From: Bacteroidota bacterium
GTDB taxonomy: Bacteria; Bacteroidota; Bacteroidia; AKYH767-A; OLB10
Assembly (NCBI GenBank): GCA_029547265.1
Contig: JAKPPP010000112.1
Span: forward strand, 32,965-96,964
Direction of reading: 5' to 3'
Length of the DNA stretch: 64,000 bases
The notes beneath the pieces were generated by a model that worked only from the letters and a program-made list of their open reading frames with translations, did not search any database and had not been told where the DNA came from. This document shows positions 39,601-46,669 of the stretch, in pieces. The position numbers were made by a program, and so were the translations under genes. Position 1 is the first letter of the stretch, and each line of letters begins with the position of its first letter.

Positions 39601-40242
39601 TTGTTCGCCCCATATCACGTCTTTACTGATGCAGGGGTTTACAATGTAACAATTGAGGCTACTTCTGCTTTAGGATGTGCGTCAACGTTAGTTGTTGATA
39701 GCTTAATAACTGTTTATCCCATACCTTTAATTCACTTTAATGTCACGCCGGGTATATTATTCGATGATAATTCAATGGTTACATTAAACAATCTTTCAGT
39801 TGGAGCAATTAACTATCTCTGGAATTTCGGTGATGGGGTAGGGTCGTCAACATTAGAAAATCCAATTTACAGCTATCCCGATTCAGGTAAATATACTATT
39901 ACACTTATAGGTGAAAGCGAATTCGGTTGCATCGACAGTACTTCTGAAGAATTGTTGCATGTTATCAATACTTATGCGTACATACCAAATTGTTTCACTC
40001 CTAATAATGACGGTAAGAATGATGTTCTGCATTTTTATACGGTAAATGCATTCGATTTCTCTTTTATATTATTTGATCGATGGGGGAAAGCTATATTCTC
40101 AACAACCAACGAAAATGATGTTTGGGATGGAAAGGTTAATGGAGTCGATTTGCCCGAAGGAACCTATCTGTATAAATTGAATTTTACATCGCTGCAACAT
40201 CTCCGCAAAGAGTCGCTTGGCCGAGTAACCATTATACGATAG
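36664..40242 (+). CDS. Secreted 1192-aa protein with SprB repeats, PKD domains and T9SS type B (CHU_C) sorting domain
   Basis: TTG start and signal peptide (M)KVTVQNKFLFLLSLLWLLSATPVFSQ. It has an unassigned ~300-aa N-terminal domain, about 6 SprB repeats and 2 PKD domains (HWDFGDNETS..., LWNFGDGVGSS...). The C-terminus is YIPNCFTPNNDGKNDVLHF...LFDRWGKAIF...GTYLYKL...GRVTIIR. Confidence 0.9.
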   Translation: MKVTVQNKFLFLLSLLWLLSATPVFSQGDPYVTAGPDTTVSCSNPCVNLMAGYFFAGQTSTYIPISIPYNPFPYNVGSPILVNIDDTWSNPILLPFDFCFFGINYNKVLIGSNGILTFDLANAGGVCPWNLSGLSPLPNPNLPHNSIMGVYQDTDPTYQGTIYWQLTGAYPSRKLVVSYYHIPYYGDPNSVNSSYCNNSLYLTSQIVLYETTNAIDIYIKDKPVCTGWNDGKAIEGIQNATATTAFTITGRNNTVWTATNDSYRFLPLGTNIVSFSWLQGGSVISNNTIFNVCPTQNTTYIAQVVYNGCNGAIVTLQDTMQVSITNSVQSGIAMVQPTGCTATQNGSASVNIVSGTGPFTYQWSNGANTSSISNLGAGTYVCTITDGNGCISRDTAVLVYPSFLSVPAPVIQDVHCAGGSDGNITVVPAGGVLPYSYSWSSGSSAGPSSGSLSAGSYSVTVSDAAGCSVVLNNLNIIEPLAIQVQPVIQNNICYGGNSGSILLNASGGTGTLYSYSWSPNVTADSLASSLVIGNYTTTVTDVNGCTLVVNNAITQPTEIVFNIAYTNSVCNDPNGNIVSNVSGATPIYNYLWNTGAITSSLQNIPAGNYTLTVTDNNGCVRDTQLVITTTSIPTLTLIATDSICKGNSVTVSTNVVNGTGPFTYAWNPSLSSASSLIDTPLLTQTYTAYVSDVNNCRDTASYTVTVIELPILSTIVDSVKCKSGSDGSVQLNVIGGILPLTYLWTPNVSISDLASNLPAGNYSVIVTDQLGCTKSISATVQEPLPIELNLTLSMSTCGLSNGSAISAVTGGVIPYSFQWSGGLGPSSNAMNLPPSVYQLTVTDHYTCIADTQFVISSTPNPIATIAGADSICIGDNDLLTTSVLNQVLPLSYQWSPSLPALSTVTVAPTSTQVYEVVVTDGNNCTDTTSFTVNVENLPIISFTQPDTVKCGNLELAFSASVIPVDATLHWDFGDNETSDLFAPYHVFTDAGVYNVTIEATSALGCASTLVVDSLITVYPIPLIHFNVTPGILFDDNSMVTLNNLSVGAINYLWNFGDGVGSSTLENPIYSYPDSGKYTITLIGESEFGCIDSTSEELLHVINTYAYIPNCFTPNNDGKNDVLHFYTVNAFDFSFILFDRWGKAIFSTTNENDVWDGKVNGVDLPEGTYLYKLNFTSLQHLRKESLGRVTIIR

Positions 40243-40299
40243 GTAACCTATTCTGTTGCTGTATTGAAATCGGTTTTCTGATAACTCGCTATTTTAATG

Positions 40300-40307
40300 T
40301 AATTTTG
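40300..40307 (+). promoter_or_regulatory. -7 promoter motif TAATTTTG, 4 nt upstream of the helicase GTG start
   Basis: Exact TAnnTTTG, spacer cagc, then GTG at 40312. Confidence 0.45.
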
Positions 40308-40311
40308 CAGC

Positions 40312-41628
40312 GTGAAGACATTCCGTGATTTTAAATTAAACCGCCAGCTATTCGATGCACTTAATGATCTGGGGTTCGAGCATCCTACTCCAATTCAGGA
40401 AAAAGCAATACCGGCAATCCTTGGTGGACAAGATGTGATGGGGGTCTCCCAAACCGGGACAGGTAAAACAGCTGCTTATCTATTACCTATAATCAGAATT
40501 CTGAATTACGCCCAAGGGAATGAACCTCGTTGTTTGATCTTGGTTCCTACGCGCGAATTGTCGATTCAAATTGGTAATACTCTACGTGATCTAACTAAAT
40601 ATACCGATTTAAGATACGCTGTAATTTTCGGCGGACAAGGCACTAAAGATCAAATTGCAGCTCTTGAGAAAGGCATTGATATATTAGTTGCTTCACCGGG
40701 AAGATTCCTCGATCTATACCTTGCGGGACATATTATTTCGAAGAAAATTAAACATCTGGTGCTTGATGAGGCTGAACGTCTCATGGACAAAAGTTTTATG
40801 TCGCAGTTTCACCGTATTCTTGAGGTGATACCAAGTAAACGTCAGAATTTACTTTTCTCCGCGACTATGTCTGACTTAGTTCGGAAGATTTCAGGGGACT
40901 TTCTTGACTTCCCTGTTGAGATAGATATCGCTCCCGATATGAAGACCGCAGAGTCGGTGAGTCAAGGGTATTATTTAGTGCCGAATCTTAAAACAAAATT
41001 GAATCTTCTCGAGCATCTTATTGAAGATCCGGAGGTGTATAAAAAGGTGATCGTTTTTTGTAAAACGAAAGCGATAGCTTCTTCCATCGGAAAGTATCTC
41101 GAACGACGTCATGGAGAGGAGAATGTTCGTATTATTCATGGTAATAAAACACAACAAACTCGTATCAATACGATGTTGGCTTTTAGAGGTGATGATATAC
41201 GATTGTTGATTACGACCGATCTAGCTGCGCGCGGACTCGATATTCCGGATGTATCACACGTTTTTAACTTCGATACGCCTATCGTGTATGAAGACTATGT
41301 GCATCGTATCGGAAGAACCGGTCGTGCATTCAAAACAGGGCATTCCATTACGTTTGTGTCGCCGGCTGATGAATACCATTTGGTGAAAATTAAAAAGTTG
41401 ATTCGTCAGGATATTCCCGAATTGCAGATTCCTGATGATGTTTTTGTAGAGAAGACAGAGTACGAAGAGCGCCAAGCCATGCTTCGCGAAATAGATATGC
41501 AGAAGAGGAAAGATAATCCGGAGTTCAAAGGGGCTTTCCACGAGAAAAAAGAAAGTAATCTTCCTCCCGATCAGCGTACACCTAAGAAGAAAGTTGCCTT
41601 CGGTAAAAAGTTTGGTAAGCGACGATGA
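40312..41628 (+). CDS. DEAD-box-family ATP-dependent RNA helicase (RhlE-like) with motif II = DEAE
   Basis: Q motif (F.DF.L...GFEHPTPIQ), motif I SQTGTGKT, Ia PTRELS, II LDEAE (40765-40776), III SAT, VI HRIGRTGRA, and a basic C-terminal tail. GTG start. Confidence 0.9.
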   Translation: MKTFRDFKLNRQLFDALNDLGFEHPTPIQEKAIPAILGGQDVMGVSQTGTGKTAAYLLPIIRILNYAQGNEPRCLILVPTRELSIQIGNTLRDLTKYTDLRYAVIFGGQGTKDQIAALEKGIDILVASPGRFLDLYLAGHIISKKIKHLVLDEAERLMDKSFMSQFHRILEVIPSKRQNLLFSATMSDLVRKISGDFLDFPVEIDIAPDMKTAESVSQGYYLVPNLKTKLNLLEHLIEDPEVYKKVIVFCKTKAIASSIGKYLERRHGEENVRIIHGNKTQQTRINTMLAFRGDDIRLLITTDLAARGLDIPDVSHVFNFDTPIVYEDYVHRIGRTGRAFKTGHSITFVSPADEYHLVKIKKLIRQDIPELQIPDDVFVEKTEYEERQAMLREIDMQKRKDNPEFKGAFHEKKESNLPPDQRTPKKKVAFGKKFGKRR

Positions 41629-42512
41629 TTAAATCAAGTAATGTAAGGTGGATTTATTTAGCAGCACTTGCTTTAATATGGGGAAGCTCCTTCATATTGA
41701 TGAAGCGCGGGCTGATCAGCTTTCGTCCCGATCAGTTGGCTGCCATTCGTATGACTGTGGCTTGTATGGCGACAACACCGCTTATCTTTCGTAAGTTAGC
41801 TTCCATTCCCAAAGACCGATACAAATACTTGATGGTAGTGGGAGGGCTGGGATCAGGAATTCCCGCCTTTTTATTTGCTACTGCTCAAACCCGAATAAAT
41901 AGCTCGCTTGCAGGTATGCTTAACGGATTAACTCCAGTGTTTACTCTGCTTATTGGAGCATTTTTCTTCCAAAGTAAGTTCACTCCCCGACAAATTGCCG
42001 GAGTGATGGTAGGGTTTCTGGGAGCAGCCGGATTGATATTAGTAAGAGCGGATGGAGGCCTAAGTGCTGATTTTGCATTTGCATTACTAATTGTAATTGC
42101 TACTTGCTGTTATGGAATTAGTGTGAATACAATAAAATCTTGTTTAGGCGGACTCGATTCACTTACGATCTCGGGGGCAGGATTACTCTTTGTAGGAGTG
42201 CCTTATGCTATTTATCTATTTAATACTGACTTTGTTACCCGATTTAGTACGATGCCTGATGCTTGGTTTTCTTTTGGATGCATTGTTGTATTGAGCTTAA
42301 TGGGAACTGCAGTGTCTAATATATTGTACTTCCAAATGGTTAAAATCTCAACACCGCTATTTGCCAGTGCCGTTACCTACATGATACCGGTGGTTGCTTT
42401 AGGATGGGGCATAGCCGATGGAGAGAAATTAAACCCTTTTCACCTGCTTGCAATGGCCGGAATTTTGGGTGGAGTAGCCTTAATAAGCTCCAAGCCTAAA
42501 GCGACAACCTGA
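41625..42512 (+). CDS. EamA/DMT-family transporter
   Basis: 10 predicted TM segments in two EamA-like halves (ALIWGSSFILMK...). ATGA overlap with the helicase gene. Confidence 0.8.
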   Translation: MIKSSNVRWIYLAALALIWGSSFILMKRGLISFRPDQLAAIRMTVACMATTPLIFRKLASIPKDRYKYLMVVGGLGSGIPAFLFATAQTRINSSLAGMLNGLTPVFTLLIGAFFFQSKFTPRQIAGVMVGFLGAAGLILVRADGGLSADFAFALLIVIATCCYGISVNTIKSCLGGLDSLTISGAGLLFVGVPYAIYLFNTDFVTRFSTMPDAWFSFGCIVVLSLMGTAVSNILYFQMVKISTPLFASAVTYMIPVVALGWGIADGEKLNPFHLLAMAGILGGVALISSKPKATT

Positions 42513-42601
42513 AATTCGAAACGTAAGTAGTTGAATTACAGGTAAATATTTTTATAAAACAAGAATGTGAACACTTGCTTGTTTATTTCTTTTGATATTT
42601 C

Positions 42602-42609
42602 TATCTTTG
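42602..42609 (+). promoter_or_regulatory. -7 promoter motif TATCTTTG upstream of rplU-rpmA
   Basis: Exact TAnnTTTG 34 nt before the rplU ATG. A cTTG lies about 20 nt upstream (42578-42581) as a possible -33 element. Confidence 0.5.
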
Positions 42610-42643
42610 CCCTCCCTTTTAGGGGAAGTAATACTATATCATC

Positions 42644-42955
42644 ATGTACGCCATTGTAAATATTGCCGGACAGCAGTTCAAAGTATCTGAGAACTCACCA
42701 CTATTCGTTCATCGTTTAGATGCTAATGAAGGAGAACAGGTTAGTTTCGATCAGGTTTTATTAGTTGGAAACAACGGTTCTGTGAAAGTAGGTGCGCCTA
42801 CAGTTTCGGGAGCTAAAGTAACTGCTAAGGTTATCTCTCATGTGAAAGGAGACAAAGTTCTAATCTTCAAGAAGAAACGTCGTAAAGGCTATCAGAAGTT
42901 GAACGGACATCGTCAGTCTTTCACTAAAATTCAGATCGAATCGATCACTGCTTAA
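42644..42955 (+). CDS. rplU: 50S ribosomal protein L21
   Basis: [14 protein letters not shown]...[23 protein letters not shown]. Confidence 0.97.
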   Translation: MYAIVNIAGQQFKVSENSPLFVHRLDANEGEQVSFDQVLLVGNNGSVKVGAPTVSGAKVTAKVISHVKGDKVLIFKKKRRKGYQKLNGHRQSFTKIQIESITA

Positions 42956-42989
42956 TTAATTAGTCGAACACAAAATAAAATAATATACC

Positions 42990-43262
42990 ATGGCTCACAA
43001 GAAAGGTGTCGGTAGTTCTAGGAACGGTCGTGAATCACATAGTAAACGTTTAGGTATCAAAATTTTTGGTGGTCAACGCGTAATTGCCGGTAATATCATT
43101 GTCCGTCAACGTGGTACTAAACATCATCCTGGCGATAACGTAGGTATCGGTAAAGATCATACGTTATTTGCATTAGTTGATGGTACCGTAGTATTCCGTA
43201 AAAGAACGGATGAAAAATCATACGTTACTGTAAAACCATTTGAAGCTACTGCTCAGGCTTAA
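42990..43262 (+). CDS. rpmA: 50S ribosomal protein L27
   Basis: [24 protein letters not shown]...[25 protein letters not shown]. Confidence 0.97.
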   Translation: MAHKKGVGSSRNGRESHSKRLGIKIFGGQRVIAGNIIVRQRGTKHHPGDNVGIGKDHTLFALVDGTVVFRKRTDEKSYVTVKPFEATAQA

Positions 43263-43283
43263 TTCCTGATCATTCAAAATATA

Positions 43284-43315
43284 AAAGCCGCCTCGTTTAA
43301 CGGGACGGCTTTTTG
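43284..43315 (+). terminator. Rho-independent terminator after rpmA
   Basis: Hairpin gccgcctcg-tttaa-cgggacggc with one mismatch, flanked by aaaa and ttttt. Confidence 0.75.
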
Positions 43316-43570
43316 CATTTGTGTTAAGTGAAGAATTTTATAATATCAAAATCTCCGAAAAACCGGAACAGATGCTTTTAAGTTGTAACATCCGTGTTTG
43401 AAAAGTTGAATCAGCTTTTTTTCTATCGCTTAATATTACTTTTCATTCCCATCGGGATATCAGAATCCGCATCGCGAAACCGTAAAGTAGTGCTGAAATA
43501 GCACACTTTAGGGCAAGCCGTAAATGGCGCCAGCCCAAACCGCGACAGCCAACCGTAAACGCCGAAGGCA

Positions 43571-43619
43571 TTAAACCCCAAACCGTAAACCTCAAACCGT
43601 AAACCGTAAACTCTAAACC
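43571..43619. repeat. Seven tandem heptamers NNAAACC (TTAAACC CCAAACC GTAAACC TCAAACC GTAAACC GTAAACT CTAAACC)
   Basis: Read directly from the sequence. It ends 3 nt before the stop codon (43623-43625) of the minus-strand 289-aa gene. Related CCGTAAA copies lie within roughly 43478-43560. Confidence 0.8.
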
Positions 43620-43622
43620 TCT

Positions 43623-44492
43623 CTAAAATCCCCAACTCGAAATACTAATCGACTTTTTATTAAATCCACTAATTCCGAAAATTTTGTTTTGTTGGATATT
43701 GGTGCAATAATCAAATCGTGCAGGTTCGCTATTAGCCCCTAAAGCTGCGTTTACAGTGAGTTTCTCGGTGTTAAAGTTCTCATATATCAAATTGTAAAAA
43801 CGATCGTAATAAACAATCGATTTGCTTTCGTCATCGATTAAAAGGATTTTACTTTTCGGCGTTAAATTATCACTAAACCAATAGTCGTCTTTTTTCAAAT
43901 TCGCGTAGGCTTTGTGGTTGTTGATACGTTTAATGAAATTATAATGTGCTTGGTAAATGAATCCATTTTTGTAATTTAAATACAAATTATAAGAGTAGGG
44001 GAAGCGAGTAAAATAAAAGTCCTGCAAATAGTCGTTGTTGCTATAGTAAGTAGGTATAGATGGCAGGTCAAAATTTCTATAGTAGTGATTAAGAATTTTA
44101 AACCAATCTTCGGGCTTTGTATAATTAATCGTCTCAAGTTTGCGTGTTTTTGGATCGTAGCGATAAATTCTAGCCTCATCATTATCCATGATAATTAAAT
44201 TATCGTACTCGTCGTATTCTAAAGCTCTAACACATTTATCACTCGGTAACTTTACGCTATCAATTTGTTCACCTGCAGAGTTGAAAACAAAAACCCATGG
44301 TAAAGAACATGCATTGAACGCGATATTTTCTTTTGAATCGGCTGCTATTTTAAAGGTGAATCCTGAGGCCTGCTCGAACTTTGAAGTAGGTATGTTGAAT
44401 AAATCGGTTCTGATTAATCGTCCTTCTTGAGCTTGCGTAATGGTAGTTCCTAGTACTAAGCCGACAAGGAGTAGCAATGATTTTAATTTCAT
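43623..44492 (-). CDS. Hypothetical secreted protein (289 aa, Tyr/Asn-rich)
   Basis: Signal peptide MKLKSLLLLVGLVLGTTITQAQ. I recognise no family. Confidence 0.65.
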   Translation of the reverse strand: MKLKSLLLLVGLVLGTTITQAQEGRLIRTDLFNIPTSKFEQASGFTFKIAADSKENIAFNACSLPWVFVFNSAGEQIDSVKLPSDKCVRALEYDEYDNLIIMDNDEARIYRYDPKTRKLETINYTKPEDWFKILNHYYRNFDLPSIPTYYSNNDYLQDFYFTRFPYSYNLYLNYKNGFIYQAHYNFIKRINNHKAYANLKKDDYWFSDNLTPKSKILLIDDESKSIVYYDRFYNLIYENFNTEKLTVNAALGANSEPARFDYCTNIQQNKIFGISGFNKKSISISSWGF

Positions 44493-44496
44493 GCTG

Positions 44497-44504
44497 CAAA
44501 TATG
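44497..44504 (-). promoter_or_regulatory. Near-consensus -7 motif CATATTTG, 4 nt upstream of the ATG of the 289-aa gene
   Basis: The minus strand reads CATATTTG-cagc-ATG. The first base deviates from TAnnTTTG. Confidence 0.3.
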
Positions 44505-44903
44505 GGAAAAAGAACAAGAGTTTAAGAATTTCGAAGCCGAACCAACCCGATTTTAATCGACTGAAATGTCAACATTAATTTCTTTCGAAAAAGAGTTGCG
44601 GCTCAAATGGGTTAGTGTTTTTATTCAAATCTTCAAGAAGAAAAAGAGATGGTTTCTTTTCTGATTTTATAGTCTGGTTAGGGGGCCACCACACCGCCCT
44701 CCCCACGACAAATTTATCGTTTCCAATTTTAATAATCCACTTACAAGTATTTACAATCGTTTAAATACCTTTGATTTAAACCACCCAAATTTCATTAATT
44801 ACATAGTCTTGGTCATCTAAACAAAGAAATCAATTCTACCTTAACAAATGAGGAAATGGATTTATTGAGAGATGAAATATATGAAAGTCATTATGGTAAG
44901 TGC

Positions 44904-44936
44904 AAAAAAAGCAGCCACATCGTGACTGCTCTTTTT
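44904..44936. terminator. Bidirectional-looking intrinsic terminator downstream of the sigma/anti-sigma operon
   Basis: aaaaaaa-gcagcc-acatcgt-gactgc-tcttttt. The stem is agcagcc/gactgct with one mismatch (44910-44930), with an A-run on one side and a T-run on the other. Confidence 0.6.
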
Positions 44937-44972
44937 AGTTTCTATACTCAACTCAATTATTATTCAAATTCT

Positions 44973-46091
44973 TTATTGCTTTACACTAAACCTTCCTTCT
45001 TTAGGTAGTGGTTTGCCACTTGCATTCTGATAAACTTGGAGTAAATCTAAACGTTGCTCCTCGTCAAGTACTTTGCCATTAAGGAATGCATTCGCTCCTG
45101 TTAATACAAAGTCGAATTTTTCATCGGTACTAATTAAATTACGACGTACTAATGCTCTTGTCATGATTCCCGGAATATCACCGATCACTTTTGCATCATG
45201 TGTAGGCTCCGATAATGGTTCGATTTTCGCTCTGCGGAATGCTTCCGATGCTATCTCTTCATATAAATAATATTCGTCGGATTTTATTAGTTTGTTATCA
45301 ATCGTTAATTGCTCTATACCTCTTGGATTAATAGTAATTACAGCAGGCTCTTTGTTATATTCAAATGCTACTGTTGCAGAACCATCGGCGTAGAAACGTT
45401 GAGTAACTTTTGTTCTGGATAATAATGATGCACTATTATCTTTCTTTAAAATCATTGATCCCGTTTTTGCATCAGGTGTTTTAGCAAGAGTTAATTTGCC
45501 TGTTCCTTTTTTATTAGCTGCAGTAGTTAAATGTATCGTTTTGCGTTTATTATTTTCAGCTTTCATGGCTGCAGTTGATGCTGATGTCATTATTTCTGAT
45601 GATAATGCTTCGCTTGATTTATTCTCTACTGCAGTGTTAACGTTAGTGTTTTCTACTGCAGAATTGTTTATCGCCGCATTTCCGGAACTAGCATTAAGGT
45701 CTTCTGCATTTTTGCTAATTGCTTCCTGAGCATCTATATATGATACAGTTTTTTCAGATGAATTTGCTGAAGAATTTTCTTCTAGTTTATTCACTTCAAC
45801 AGATGTGTTATTCGGAATAGTTTGCGATGCATCTGCATTGCTGAATTGGTAATACAACCAACCCGATAATGCTGATAATAATATCGCTCCTCCAACAACA
45901 ACAGTGCGGTTGATAGATGTAGAAGTAGCATCGGCCACGGTGGTTGCACCTATGATTTCAAATACTTCTTCTTTAGAAAATAACAATGGTTCGGCAGCTA
46001 TCTCTTTAAATAGACTGTCGAGTTGTTTATTTCCTGTGTCTCCTTTTACCGGTTCGAAATTTTCCGGTGTGTTATCACGTAGTTCGCTCAT
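44973..46091 (-). CDS. Putative anti-sigma factor (single-pass membrane protein with unassigned C-terminal domain)
   Basis: It overlaps the 3' end of the ECF sigma gene. It has a ~70-aa cytoplasmic N-terminus, one TM helix (VVVGGAILLSALSGWLYYQF), a low-complexity S/N/A-rich linker and a ~170-aa C-terminal domain. The track start at 46106 is a TTG; the ATG at 46091 is preferred. Confidence 0.55.
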   Translation of the reverse strand: MSELRDNTPENFEPVKGDTGNKQLDSLFKEIAAEPLLFSKEEVFEIIGATTVADATSTSINRTVVVGGAILLSALSGWLYYQFSNADASQTIPNNTSVEVNKLEENSSANSSEKTVSYIDAQEAISKNAEDLNASSGNAAINNSAVENTNVNTAVENKSSEALSSEIMTSASTAAMKAENNKRKTIHLTTAANKKGTGKLTLAKTPDAKTGSMILKKDNSASLLSRTKVTQRFYADGSATVAFEYNKEPAVITINPRGIEQLTIDNKLIKSDEYYLYEEIASEAFRRAKIEPLSEPTHDAKVIGDIPGIMTRALVRRNLISTDEKFDFVLTGANAFLNGKVLDEEQRLDLLQVYQNASGKPLPKEGRFSVKQ

Positions 46092-46608
46092 GTAATGTTC
46101 CTTCAAGTAGTTCAGATAACTGCTGACGTGCTCTTAATAATCTGCTTTTTACGCCGTTCTCCGATAGCTCGGTGATTTCGGCAATTTCTTTTATGCTTAA
46201 TCCACTAAACTCAAATAATACTAAAGGCTCCCTGTATTTGTCAGGAAGCTTTGTAATCGCGTCTCTCAGCTCTTTTATCTGGATTTGCCTATGTACATCC
46301 GGACTGGTATCCGGCGTGCGGTCAATGATTTCTTCCGACATTCCCGATAACCTCTTCTGCTGGGCATATCGCCTGTTGATCTTCCTTTTTGCTATCGTAA
46401 ATAGATAGTATAAAAAGGCCTCATGATGACGAACTTTGTCAAAATGTTCAAATGCAGATAATACAGTTTCGGATACAATATCCTGAGCTTCTTCGCGATC
46501 CCACACCGTGGTTTGCACAAAGCGTACTAGCCGCTCATGCAGCGGATCGTAAAGCGACATAAATTTCGCTTTGCGTTCAGCTTCTATTTCCAGGTCTCGG
46601 GATCCCAA
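46075..46608 (-). CDS. ECF-type RNA polymerase sigma-70 factor
   Basis: Region 2 (FMSLYDPLHERLVRFV...EAQDIVSETVLSAFEHFDK) and region 4 (LPDKYREPLVLFEFSGLSIKEIAEITELSENGVKSRLLRARQQL). The start is ambiguous: TTG at 46608 (keeps the usual N-terminal length) or ATG at 46560. Confidence 0.88.
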   Translation of the reverse strand: MGSRDLEIEAERKAKFMSLYDPLHERLVRFVQTTVWDREEAQDIVSETVLSAFEHFDKVRHHEAFLYYLFTIAKRKINRRYAQQKRLSGMSEEIIDRTPDTSPDVHRQIQIKELRDAITKLPDKYREPLVLFEFSGLSIKEIAEITELSENGVKSRLLRARQQLSELLEGTLHERTT

Positions 46609-46657
46609 TGTAGTTCAGTTAGAACCACTATATTACTAAAAGTTTCATAAATAATCC

Positions 46658-46665
46658 TAATTTTA
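46658..46665 (+). promoter_or_regulatory. Variant -7 motif TAATTTTA, 4 nt upstream of the OmpA-family gene ATG
   Basis: TAATTTTA-tgca-ATG. The last base is A rather than G. Confidence 0.3.
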
Positions 46666-46669
46666 TGCA

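Noticed and set aside
43423-43635. 70-aa minus-strand ORF (MGILERFRVYGLRFEVYGLGFNAFGVYGW...)
   Set aside because: Its repetitive peptide is a by-product of the heptanucleotide DNA repeat (3 x 7 nt gives 7 aa). It overlaps the upstream gene's stop, and I see no promoter motif or recognisable family. I treat it as non-coding, and the repeat itself is reported as a finding.
44567-44665. 32-aa ORF MSTLISFEKELRLKWVSVFIQIFKKKKRWFLF in the 480-bp gap
   Set aside because: There is no promoter motif at the right distance and no recognisable features, and it is too short to assess. Conservation data would be needed.
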